The notes beneath the pieces are model-generated. The model searched no databases. It had not been told where the DNA came from and worked only from the letters and a program-made list of their open reading frames with translations. This document shows, piece after piece, positions 18,578-27,903 of a stretch of 64,000 nucleotides of DNA. Location: NCBI GenBank assembly GCA_045594385.1, contig JAZNYM010000032.1, forward strand, positions 8,339 to 72,338. Direction: 5' to 3'. This DNA comes from Bacteroidaceae bacterium. Lineage in GTDB: Bacteria > Bacteroidota > Bacteroidia > Bacteroidales > Bacteroidaceae. The position numbers were made by a program, and so were the translations under genes. Each line of letters starts with the position of its first letter. Within the stretch, counting starts at the first letter, position 1.

Positions 18578-19786
18578 CTAATATCGTTTATATACACCAC
18601 AAAAATCCAAGATTACCTTACCTTCATCGTATGGCAAAGTCTTGAATTGGTCATGTGCCGTAAGCATAGCGACTATATCGGCCTTGCCGTATGCTTCTTT
18701 GTATTCTGTTAACTTAAACTGGTTGTGTTCTTTCACATTAGGCTCTACAATCAGTATATCGGCATTGTTGCATATCTGTATCACCCTACTGACGATATTC
18801 TTTGATGGAGACTCACGAAGATCATCAATATTGGGTTTGAAGGCCAAGCCCATCATTGCGACTACAGGCTTACGTTTGTTCAGCAACTCAAACTCCAGAA
18901 TTGCTGTCTTCACCTTTTCTGCACACCATAAGGATTTATAGTTATTTATTCCTCTGGCTGTAGCAATAAGTTTTGATTCCGTAGGATACTCCGCCGTTAT
19001 AAAATAAGGGTCCACTGCTATACAATGCCCACCTACTCCACATCCTGGTTGCAGAATGTTAACCCGTGGATGCTTGTTGGCAAGTTCTATCAACTCCCAA
19101 ACATTGATGCCGGCCTTATCGCAAATCAATGAAAGTTCATTTGCAAAAGCAATCTGGACATCACGACTGGAATTCTCCGTCAGTTTGCACATCTCGGCAG
19201 TGCGACAATTTGTCTTATGCAATTGCCCCTGAACGAATTTAGAATAGAATTCAATTGCCTTATTTGTGGATGCCACATTCATTCCACCAATCACACGGTC
19301 GTTATGAACCAATTCATAAATCACGTTACCCGGCAACACCCTTTCTGGGCAATAGGCGATATATATTTTATCCTTCAGCTCTGGACGCAGGGAGAAGATC
19401 AGTTCTGCCATCTTCTCCGTTGTACCTATTGGAGAAGTTGATTCAATGACGTACAGGTCGCCATCCTTCAGCAAAGGAACCACCATTTTTGTCGCTGCTT
19501 CGACATAAGATATATCCGGTTCATGGTCTCCCTTAAAAGGAGTTGGGACTACCATAAAGTATGCATCTGATACCGAGGGTTCAGTATAAGCCTTGAAATT
19601 TCCTGCCTCAAGGACCTCCTGAAGCATCTCTTCCATTCCTGGTTCAATGATGTGAAGCTTTCCTTGATTAGTAACATCGACAACATGAGGATTTATGTCT
19701 ACGCCAACGACATCCACACCATGCTTTGCTGATATTATTGCTGTAGGCAGGCCTATATAGCCCAAGCCCATAAAACATGCCTTCAT
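18578..19786 (-). CDS. wecC: UDP-N-acetyl-D-mannosamine dehydrogenase (nucleotide-sugar dehydrogenase)
   Basis: 402 aa. GLGYIGLP Rossmann motif and the catalytic region GCGVGGHCI. It is paired with wecB in the same operon. Confidence 0.85.
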   Translation of the reverse strand: MKACFMGLGYIGLPTAIISAKHGVDVVGVDINPHVVDVTNQGKLHIIEPGMEEMLQEVLEAGNFKAYTEPSVSDAYFMVVPTPFKGDHEPDISYVEAATKMVVPLLKDGDLYVIESTSPIGTTEKMAELIFSLRPELKDKIYIAYCPERVLPGNVIYELVHNDRVIGGMNVASTNKAIEFYSKFVQGQLHKTNCRTAEMCKLTENSSRDVQIAFANELSLICDKAGINVWELIELANKHPRVNILQPGCGVGGHCIAVDPYFITAEYPTESKLIATARGINNYKSLWCAEKVKTAILEFELLNKRKPVVAMMGLAFKPNIDDLRESPSKNIVSRVIQICNNADILIVEPNVKEHNQFKLTEYKEAYGKADIVAMLTAHDQFKTLPYDEGKVILDFCGVYKRY

Positions 19787-19857
19787 ATGAATAATTTTAC
19801 TCTTATCCGCTTATATCATAATATATCATCTACAAATATACAACAAAAATATTCATC

Positions 19858-20946
19858 TTACAGGTTTTTCAACTTCTTTATGAACATTTTCTTGTTTTTC
19901 TTATAGAACTTGCGGAAATCCTTAGCCGAAGCCTCACCCGGATATGTACAACATGCCCCAGACTTAGGCACTTCTATCCACTGGTTACTCCAGCAATTGA
20001 CAAAAATCGGACTATATCCCTCCAAAGAGGGCATCAGGCCCTTTGTCCACCACTGGGAATCGGAATCTGGGTTCATGCCTGTCTCGGTAACAGCATACGG
20101 CATATCAAACTCATCTGCGACATGCTTGGCAATTTTAAGATTCTTCTGCATGTGCACATAGAATCGTCTTCTTGCCTCTTTGACGCCAAACTCCTTCTGA
20201 CGATAACATTCTATTCCTATCACATCAACATATTCCCGACCGGGGAAACGCTGCATATAATCCTTTTCATCGTTAAACCATGCACCCGGAGAAAAACAGT
20301 ATTGCAGATTCGTAAGCCCTCTCGAAGTGAGATAATCACGAGTCATGTGCCATAGTCGAACATATTCCTCTGGAGAGCAATCGTCAGTACCCCACCAGAA
20401 CCAATTGCCGTTGCATTCGTGCCACGGACGGAAAACTATCGGAATCAATTGTCCTTCTTCATCACGAAGGGTCAGCAAGAAATCAGCAACACGGCTCATA
20501 TAGAGCATGAAAGTCTGGTAAGTCGGACCCTCAAGTCTTAAGATACGCGCTACCGTCCCCTTGTGCCCGTCCTTATAAAAATAGCCAAGACCATGTTCCG
20601 GATTCCTCACATGCCATGAGATGGTAATCATCCCGCCCGACTTGTGTTGTCTGATAATTGAGGTACGCATCTTATCAAACGTTACACCTCCCCAATAAAT
20701 ATCCCTTCCAAGTTCCAAGCCATCCAAATCTGTAGACAACAGGCCTGGATATGCTTTGCAGACTTGGTAGACATCTGGCTGAAGTTGCTTCTTTTTCTTG
20801 CCTGCACGACCTTGAGGACTATCACTCCAATAACGGCCATAAAGAAGGGCATCGTTATGTCCGAAAAGAGTAGAATGACCCTTCTGGGCACACAATGAAA
20901 GAGATAGGCTCAACAAAAAGAACGTATTAACGAGAAAAGAACGCAT
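19858..20946 (-). CDS. Secreted glycoside hydrolase family 26-like (beta-mannanase fold)
   Basis: Signal peptide present. RPWHECNGNWFWWG is the characteristic GH26 catalytic-acid region. 362 aa. Confidence 0.75.
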   Translation of the reverse strand: MRSFLVNTFFLLSLSLSLCAQKGHSTLFGHNDALLYGRYWSDSPQGRAGKKKKQLQPDVYQVCKAYPGLLSTDLDGLELGRDIYWGGVTFDKMRTSIIRQHKSGGMITISWHVRNPEHGLGYFYKDGHKGTVARILRLEGPTYQTFMLYMSRVADFLLTLRDEEGQLIPIVFRPWHECNGNWFWWGTDDCSPEEYVRLWHMTRDYLTSRGLTNLQYCFSPGAWFNDEKDYMQRFPGREYVDVIGIECYRQKEFGVKEARRRFYVHMQKNLKIAKHVADEFDMPYAVTETGMNPDSDSQWWTKGLMPSLEGYSPIFVNCWSNQWIEVPKSGACCTYPGEASAKDFRKFYKKNKKMFIKKLKNL

Positions 20947-22015
20947 CTATTTCCTTTTTTAGAATTACAAAATCATCTTCCCATGAAGTCTCTTTCTCAT
21001 GCTGTTTCTTCAAAGATTCATGTATTTTCATCAATTGACCTCTATTGGAAGACAATTCTGTCAATAGGGAACTGATACTCTCCACGCTATAGGGATTTAC
21101 CTGATAACCGAAGTGTTTTTGGGAGGCATACTCCCCTAAACGTGTTTTATCTGCATACACGGCAGGTACCGCATAGGCCATTGATTCATGGAACTTGTTT
21201 GATATTGCATAACGGACATTGAAATCCCTGTTAGGATATGCTGCCCATATAACATCTGCATTACGATACAACTGCTCGATATCTTCGTACTTATAGGGAC
21301 CTGTCAAAAATATATTTGATACGCCGGAGACATAGTTTCTTAAGGTCTCATAATCTGGTCCTCCCCCATGATACGAAAGCAGGAATCGCTCGTCACCTTT
21401 AACGACATCTGCAAGATTCTTCAATATCTCTATATACCTGACATTACCCAAATATGCTATCCGCAATGGTCTCTGAGGAGAATAATCTACTGAGTGGACA
21501 TTAAACACAGGTTTGTTTTCAAGTACAATTTGTCTATACTTCTTGGAGTATAGACTGGTATAGAAACGGGATGCATGTATTGTTAATGCATGGGACATAT
21601 AAGAACTTTCGATACGCCTAAGCATGCATCGGATAACAGATGGTCCTGTTGGAGCATCCAGATTCTCATATATCAACATCTGCCTATCGTAATTCAAACG
21701 GGGCAACATAAGAAGATTGTTCCAGTGCGAAGCAATTACAACATCCGGCGCTATCATACGAATTTCCTTCCTGCAAAAAGAGCGGTAGCCAAACATGCCA
21801 GCCAACTTCTGGAGTTTGTTGCCATACCTCGCCGGACGCTTATAAAGATGCCATTTCCATTCGCTACCCTCAACTGCATTGGTATCAAAATCCCCAGCCC
21901 GGTCCCACGTTATAACGTGAATCTCAGAATAAGGATAATGCAGACACAAAGATTTTAAAAGCTTTGTGTTCCTTGTATTCAATGGATAGCACTCGTCAAC
22001 TAACAGTATCTTCAT
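20927..22015 (-). CDS. Glycosyltransferase (GT-B type)
   Basis: 362 aa. It has the domain layout of GT4-like enzymes and lies inside the EPS operon. Confidence 0.6.
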   Translation of the reverse strand: MKILLVDECYPLNTRNTKLLKSLCLHYPYSEIHVITWDRAGDFDTNAVEGSEWKWHLYKRPARYGNKLQKLAGMFGYRSFCRKEIRMIAPDVVIASHWNNLLMLPRLNYDRQMLIYENLDAPTGPSVIRCMLRRIESSYMSHALTIHASRFYTSLYSKKYRQIVLENKPVFNVHSVDYSPQRPLRIAYLGNVRYIEILKNLADVVKGDERFLLSYHGGGPDYETLRNYVSGVSNIFLTGPYKYEDIEQLYRNADVIWAAYPNRDFNVRYAISNKFHESMAYAVPAVYADKTRLGEYASQKHFGYQVNPYSVESISSLLTELSSNRGQLMKIHESLKKQHEKETSWEDDFVILKKEIDAFFSR

Positions 22016-22060
22016 AGAAGAAGAGTTTTGTTTAATGCAATAATGAACACCTAAGTTCCG

Positions 22061-23221
22061 TCAACCTAACAGGAAAGTCTTTACTATTCTCTCACAAGCC
22101 TTACCGTCTCCATAAGGATTTACTGCCTTTGACATAGACTCGTATGCCGCTGAATCATCTAACAGAGCAGAGACTTCTGTGACTATCTTATCGTAGTCGG
22201 TACCCACCAGACGAACTGTACCACTCTCCAGTGCCTCGGGCCTTTCTGTCGTATCTCTCATGACGAGAACCGGTTTTCCAAGACCAGGTGCTTCTTCCTG
22301 TATTCCACCAGAGTCTGTCAAAACTATTGATGACTTCTCCATCAAATACACAAATTCAAGATACTGCAAAGGTTCAATGAAGAACATGTTATCCAAGTTG
22401 GACAGGTCCTCTCCAAAGACTGCATGTATAGGCTTGCGGACATTGGGGTTAAGATGCATTGGATATACGAAATCCACATCGGGATACTTCCTTGCCAGAT
22501 CACGTATGGCAGTGCACATGTTGATAAATCCCTCACCAAAATTTTCACGACGATGGCCTGTGATAAGAACCATACGACGACATGGGCCATTTAATCTGCC
22601 AACATCATAACCTGCATCATACAAAACTTTCTCTTGCTGGGTACGCAAGGACTCATCCTTCTTGAGTCTACTTACAACCATGTGCAATGCATCTATCACA
22701 GTATTACCAGTAACATATATCTGTCCCATAGCAGACTCTTGAACAAGGTTTACTCTAGACAAAGGAGTCGGAGAGAAATTATATGTGGCTATTCGTCCTG
22801 TTATCTGACGGTTCATCTCCTCCGGCCAAGGACTATATATGTTATGTGTACGCAAACCAGCCTCAACATGACCAACAGGAATCTGCTGATAAAAGGCTGC
22901 CATAGCAGCAGCCGTGCTGGTTGTTGTATCTCCATGGACAAGAACAACATCGGGTTTGCATTTGGCAAAGACATCCCTCATGCCCGTCAACACACGAGTT
23001 GTGACATCCGTCAAATCCTGTCCTTGCTTCATAATATTGAGATCATAGTCCGGTTTAACACCAAAAATAGACAACACCTGATCCAACATCTCGCGATGCT
23101 GCCCAGTAACACAAACCACCGTCTGAAAATCATCTGGATACTTCTGGAACTCCTTTACCAAAGGACACATTTTTATAGCTTCTGGGCGTGTGCCAAAAAC
23201 AAGCATTATCGTCTTCATCAC
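22061..23221 (-). CDS. wecB: UDP-N-acetylglucosamine 2-epimerase (non-hydrolysing)
   Basis: FGTRPEAIKMCPLV, VTGQHREMLDQVL and GGIQEEAPGLGKPVLVMRDTTERPE motifs. Confidence 0.92.
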   Translation of the reverse strand: MMKTIMLVFGTRPEAIKMCPLVKEFQKYPDDFQTVVCVTGQHREMLDQVLSIFGVKPDYDLNIMKQGQDLTDVTTRVLTGMRDVFAKCKPDVVLVHGDTTTSTAAAMAAFYQQIPVGHVEAGLRTHNIYSPWPEEMNRQITGRIATYNFSPTPLSRVNLVQESAMGQIYVTGNTVIDALHMVVSRLKKDESLRTQQEKVLYDAGYDVGRLNGPCRRMVLITGHRRENFGEGFINMCTAIRDLARKYPDVDFVYPMHLNPNVRKPIHAVFGEDLSNLDNMFFIEPLQYLEFVYLMEKSSIVLTDSGGIQEEAPGLGKPVLVMRDTTERPEALESGTVRLVGTDYDKIVTEVSALLDDSAAYESMSKAVNPYGDGKACERIVKTFLLG

Positions 23222-23272
23222 TAACTATCATTTCATTGACTTTACATACATGTAATAAGTTCAAGACCCGAA

Positions 23273-25585
23273 TTACACCTTATTTATTATATACCCTCTA
23301 AGTTTTTCTTCCCATCCATAATGTTCACGAACCATCTGGTATCCTGCCATTGCTATGACATTGCGTTCTGCCGGGTGAGTCATCAGACGTAAACAAGAGT
23401 CTGCTATCGTTGCCACTTCATCACGTATAATACAATTCTTGTCATCTTCCAGTTCTGGTATTGCACATGATATTAATGTTGTCAGTACAACCGGCAATCC
23501 ACAACCCATTGCTACTAATACCTTGTTCTGAATCCCGGCAGCCACACGCACAGGAGCCACTGCTACAGCTGCATCACAGATAGTAGCAGGCAAATCATCG
23601 ACAAAACCAGTTACGACAATATTATCCCGAGCTAATTCCATTATTTGCGAAGGCGGTTGCGCACCTACTATATAAAACTTAGCCTTGGGAATTCTTTTGA
23701 GAATACGGGGAAATATATCCTGCACAAAAGACAAGACAGCATCTTGATTCTGCAAAGTACGCATATTACCTACAAAAACTATCTTATGGGAATCGTATTC
23801 TTTCTTAATCGAAGGTAACACATCAACACCATTTGTATGCACTATCAGACTGGAATGGTGATTAGAAATGCTGCGTAAATACTCTGCATCTGCTTCTGAT
23901 ACCAGCACATTAACAGGGAAATACATCATGGCATATTGCTCAGCCCTACGAATCAGATGCCTTTCTATCGCATACACATGCTTCAAGAAACCACTTCCTT
24001 TACTTCCAGAACTAAGAGAATATGTTTTTGACAGCGCATCGGTCATCTCTATAATGGAACGGTCATGCAATTGCAATTCATCCAAATATGGCATCATCCT
24101 AAGCAAGTGTGCAATGTACAGATCTGGATGTTCCTTTTCAATTACGGTGCTTAGCAAATGCCTATATCTGGCAGAGTAATAATATCCACACTGCATTGCA
24201 CGTCCCATAAACAGATGCCTCAAAGATTGCCATAGGCTGTTAAACCGATTTCGATGTACAGTATATACCTTGTCGTAAATGCGTTCAGCTTCAAAAATCT
24301 GGGGCATACCATCGTCCTCGAAACTAACCAAGACTAGTTCATATCCATCCCGCTTCAGTTGTCTGGCTATATTGTTAATCCGCAACACATCACCTCCGTT
24401 CTCCGGAACTGGAAAGCGTGGAGTAAGGATACATATTTTCTTGGCCTTAACAGCATTCTCCGCAAAACGTTCCCTAACGGTTTCACTCATTAATTGGGTT
24501 CGTTCAAAAGACCTCACTTTTCTGGAAAGCAATATCATCAATATGATATAGAGCACTATATCTGCAGAAACTACAAGACTAAGAGAACATCCTAAGGAAT
24601 ACAGCAATGCATTCATTACCATAAACAGCAATGACAACGCTAACACACCCGCTAAAGTAAAGTTGCCAAATATGCCGGCAGACATCAATCTATGGTGTAT
24701 GTGCCGTTTGTCTGGCATAAACGGATGTTCACCATGCGCAATGCGTTCCAACACCACTCTACACAAATCTACGCATGGAACAAACAGCAGTGAAATGCAC
24801 AATAGGATGCGAGCCGACACATCTACGCTTGCCTCATCCTCTGCAACAATGTATTTTATGGAAAGGTAGGCCAAAGAGAATCCAAGCAACATAGAACCAC
24901 TGTCTCCCATGTATATCTTGGTCTTCTTCTCAACACTACCAAACATGTTATAGTATAAAAATACCGCCAAAGCCCCAATCATGGCTGCCGATATGTAACA
25001 ATATATCATATTGCCGGCATCCCAGAAGCAGAAACCAAAGCAAAGAAAGCATATTATGGAGAATATAGATGCCAAACCATCAATGCCATCAATCATATTT
25101 ACAGCATTGACAACCAATACTACACCAACCACCGTAAGTATAACTCCTGCGTATACCGGCATGGATTCGATTCCCCAAAGTCCATGTAAATTATGCAGGA
25201 ATAAATCACACAAAGGGAGAGTACATGCGGATAATAGTTGGATAAAGAATCTCAACTTGGCCGACAATGCAAACAAATCATCTAACAAACCAATGAGATA
25301 TATCATCATCACTCCACAGGCCAACAACATTGTTGAGGTCTTGATACTTTGGTCCAATCCCTCACCTTCGTTCATAAGGACAACTGCCAGACTTGCCCCC
25401 ATCAACACACTGGGTGCCAAGACCGTTCCGGCAAAACGCGGAACACCGTTACTCTTTCTTGAATGTTCATTCCTAAGCTTATATAACCCTTGGGCATAGG
25501 AATGCTTCAAAATCCAGGGCAAAAGCAGAGCCGAGGTAAGAGCGGCAGTAAAGAATGCGATAAGAATGTATATAAAATCTGACAT
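23273..25585 (-). CDS. Fusion protein: N-terminal WecA/MraY-family polyprenyl-phosphate HexNAc-1-P transferase plus C-terminal GT4 glycosyltransferase
   Basis: N-terminal half has LIGLLDDL, NMIDGIDGLA, YMGDSGS and DKRHIHHRL motifs with about 10 TM segments. From about aa 380 there is a soluble GT-B domain (KICILTPRFPVPENGGDVLRINNIA...). Confidence 0.8.
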   Translation of the reverse strand: MSDFIYILIAFFTAALTSALLLPWILKHSYAQGLYKLRNEHSRKSNGVPRFAGTVLAPSVLMGASLAVVLMNEGEGLDQSIKTSTMLLACGVMMIYLIGLLDDLFALSAKLRFFIQLLSACTLPLCDLFLHNLHGLWGIESMPVYAGVILTVVGVVLVVNAVNMIDGIDGLASIFSIICFLCFGFCFWDAGNMIYCYISAAMIGALAVFLYYNMFGSVEKKTKIYMGDSGSMLLGFSLAYLSIKYIVAEDEASVDVSARILLCISLLFVPCVDLCRVVLERIAHGEHPFMPDKRHIHHRLMSAGIFGNFTLAGVLALSLLFMVMNALLYSLGCSLSLVVSADIVLYIILMILLSRKVRSFERTQLMSETVRERFAENAVKAKKICILTPRFPVPENGGDVLRINNIARQLKRDGYELVLVSFEDDGMPQIFEAERIYDKVYTVHRNRFNSLWQSLRHLFMGRAMQCGYYYSARYRHLLSTVIEKEHPDLYIAHLLRMMPYLDELQLHDRSIIEMTDALSKTYSLSSGSKGSGFLKHVYAIERHLIRRAEQYAMMYFPVNVLVSEADAEYLRSISNHHSSLIVHTNGVDVLPSIKKEYDSHKIVFVGNMRTLQNQDAVLSFVQDIFPRILKRIPKAKFYIVGAQPPSQIMELARDNIVVTGFVDDLPATICDAAVAVAPVRVAAGIQNKVLVAMGCGLPVVLTTLISCAIPELEDDKNCIIRDEVATIADSCLRLMTHPAERNVIAMAGYQMVREHYGWEEKLRGYIINKV

Positions 25586-25857
25586 ATAGATGTATCAAGT
25601 TAGTGTATAGGCAACATATTATACATTATATATATATTATAACGTAAGCATCTTTGGTTTATTGTGTCCTCATCGCAGAAACAATAAATTATTGCTTCGT
25701 TTATATTATACAAATGGACAAATAATTATTCATATACACAATTCCTTCATCCATTGGATACCAGTAATAAGGCGTAATTGTGCTGCCAGGGTACTCGCAG
25801 AATACATTAAGGCACGTCACTTCTTCTTGTACATCATGAAATTATTGGTACTGTTTT

Positions 25858-26292
25858 TCAATATTTCCTGAAAATCAGTCTTCCCGTTTCATTACTACTA
25901 AGCACTAAGGTGTCATTGGAGAGTCTGTCTATCTTCATCAGACCGTCAGAAGGAACACCATACTGCTTCAAAGTATCCATCGACAATATTAAATCATGCC
26001 CGTCTCCCTTATACTTTATCGGGTCGTATATACGAATAGATGTTTGCTGATTATGGAAGGACGAAAACACGTAGGTAGATGGGGCTGATAACTTTTGAAA
26101 CATCATCATCTGCAACTGGAAACAGTAATATATCTTAGCCTCCTTATTTGCAACGATTTCTCCATCCGCAGATTTCCACTCTAACATCTGCCACTGCCCA
26201 TCCAACCCATCATTACAATCAAGTTTGTCACAACCAGATAGAAATAAAAGGGTTAGGTATAATATCAAGGATAACATCGTTTTCTTCTTCAT
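25858..26292 (-). CDS. Lipocalin-like domain lipoprotein
   Basis: Lipobox LFLSGC and a GQWQMLEW motif. The ORF-track start 26307 is TTG, so ATG 26292 is preferred. Confidence 0.6.
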   Translation of the reverse strand: MKKKTMLSLILYLTLLFLSGCDKLDCNDGLDGQWQMLEWKSADGEIVANKEAKIYYCFQLQMMMFQKLSAPSTYVFSSFHNQQTSIRIYDPIKYKGDGHDLILSMDTLKQYGVPSDGLMKIDRLSNDTLVLSSNETGRLIFRKY

Positions 26293-26381
26293 TCTTCTAA
26301 ACACCAATTAAGAATTATAGATAGAGGTAAAAACCATTTATACACTGTATCGATACCGTGGTATTGTATAGTCACAATTAA

Positions 26382-27890
26382 CTACCTTTGAGCACGATTT
26401 AGCCATCCCCCAAAACGAACAGCCAGCATGGCTCCGTTTGAATTACCCAACAAATTACCATCGTTATGACCATAAGAGGCAGCAAACGACAATCCCCGAC
26501 ACCATTTGGGACTATACGAGGCCTCTACCAAAATATAATTGGCAGAACATGGGTCATCAACTGGCATGATATACTTTCCTAAACTATAGTGATGTGTATA
26601 TAATATCCTCCAGGACCATTCCTCTGATGGTCTACCCAAAAGACCTATGTGATGAACACGCACACGATTATGCATCAGCGCCAAATTACCTGTCTGGTTG
26701 AAATAAGTATTGTATATAGGAGAAAGAAGCAACGGATTACCAATAACGAACCCTCCCATCTGCCACGAACCATATACATGATTATTGTAGTAGTCATCTC
26801 GTGCACTTATCTGTTGCTGGTTTTCTTCCGTTTTATCATGATATATCGGACCAGACTGATGCATAGTAGTATTATACTCGTAAACTATGCTTGAGACGAA
26901 TGGATTCTGAGGGAGTTTCACCTCCAATCCCAAGAGCATATCCTTCCAACCGTATTGAAAGAACATCTGACTATGATCTTCATACATATGCTCCATATAC
27001 ACGCCCATCCCCCATTGCTTTTGCAACCAGTCCAACCGCAAATGCCACGATCCTATGTGATTACCAGCTGCATTGGCATAGTTTTCATCGTTGACATCAC
27101 CTCCTCCTGGTATTAAAGCCGTCCATAAATTACCACCCAAGTCAACTGACTGCTCCATGGATTCTCCGGTATAGTGACGCAAGTTCCACCCTGTACCGCC
27201 AAACTGGCAGGCCATCTCCAAACCACCGGTTACCTCTAAAGGAAATCGATTCTTATTGCCTAGCTTTACGAACAAGGCTTTTGAATGGAACATACTTCCA
27301 CAGGTATATGCATTGTTGGTCTCTGCATTGAATTTGCGTTGCCATCTATTGTCGGTATACCATCCATAGGCTATGTGTGCTTTAAAGGATAATATGTCCT
27401 TAGTTCCAGGAATAGTCCAAAAGTCTGGCATCTCTAACCTGATTTGCGGCAAAGGGCGGGAATTCATGCCAAGAACCATACCACCAGTGGACAGATATGG
27501 ATTCTTAAGTTCCGATGAACGTTCTTTCTGCCCAAGACTTAGACATAACATTTTCCATTCTATATCCGCATAGGCCTGTTGAATACAAAAATAACTATTC
27601 TCCGCGTTTATCGGCGATGCAAAATCTATTCCATACCCAATGCGCCACATCCTAAGCGAATCTACTTCAGGTGTACGCCATAGTGCGACACGAGCAAGTC
27701 CGCCAAAGTTTTCTGTTGTTCCAAGACCATAGCGATTGTTGGTGAACCAGAATGGTGCATTATCCCCACCTCCAGCCGTTCCTTGCATAGAAAATTCGTA
27801 TTGTATGTTCTTACTCAAAAAAGAAATTTGAGCCTTTATGCATAACGCGTTAAAGAGCAACACATATACTACAATAATGACATTTTTCAT
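26382..27890 (-). CDS. wzi: Capsule assembly Wzi-family outer-membrane protein
   Basis: About 500 aa with a signal peptide and beta-barrel-like composition. The NAPFWFTNNRYGL motif resembles Wzi proteins, and the gene lies within one gene of wzc. ATG at 27890. Confidence 0.6.
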   Translation of the reverse strand: MKNVIIVVYVLLFNALCIKAQISFLSKNIQYEFSMQGTAGGGDNAPFWFTNNRYGLGTTENFGGLARVALWRTPEVDSLRMWRIGYGIDFASPINAENSYFCIQQAYADIEWKMLCLSLGQKERSSELKNPYLSTGGMVLGMNSRPLPQIRLEMPDFWTIPGTKDILSFKAHIAYGWYTDNRWQRKFNAETNNAYTCGSMFHSKALFVKLGNKNRFPLEVTGGLEMACQFGGTGWNLRHYTGESMEQSVDLGGNLWTALIPGGGDVNDENYANAAGNHIGSWHLRLDWLQKQWGMGVYMEHMYEDHSQMFFQYGWKDMLLGLEVKLPQNPFVSSIVYEYNTTMHQSGPIYHDKTEENQQQISARDDYYNNHVYGSWQMGGFVIGNPLLLSPIYNTYFNQTGNLALMHNRVRVHHIGLLGRPSEEWSWRILYTHHYSLGKYIMPVDDPCSANYILVEASYSPKWCRGLSFAASYGHNDGNLLGNSNGAMLAVRFGGWLNRAQR

Positions 27891-27903
27891 CAGCAAAACG
27901 GCA

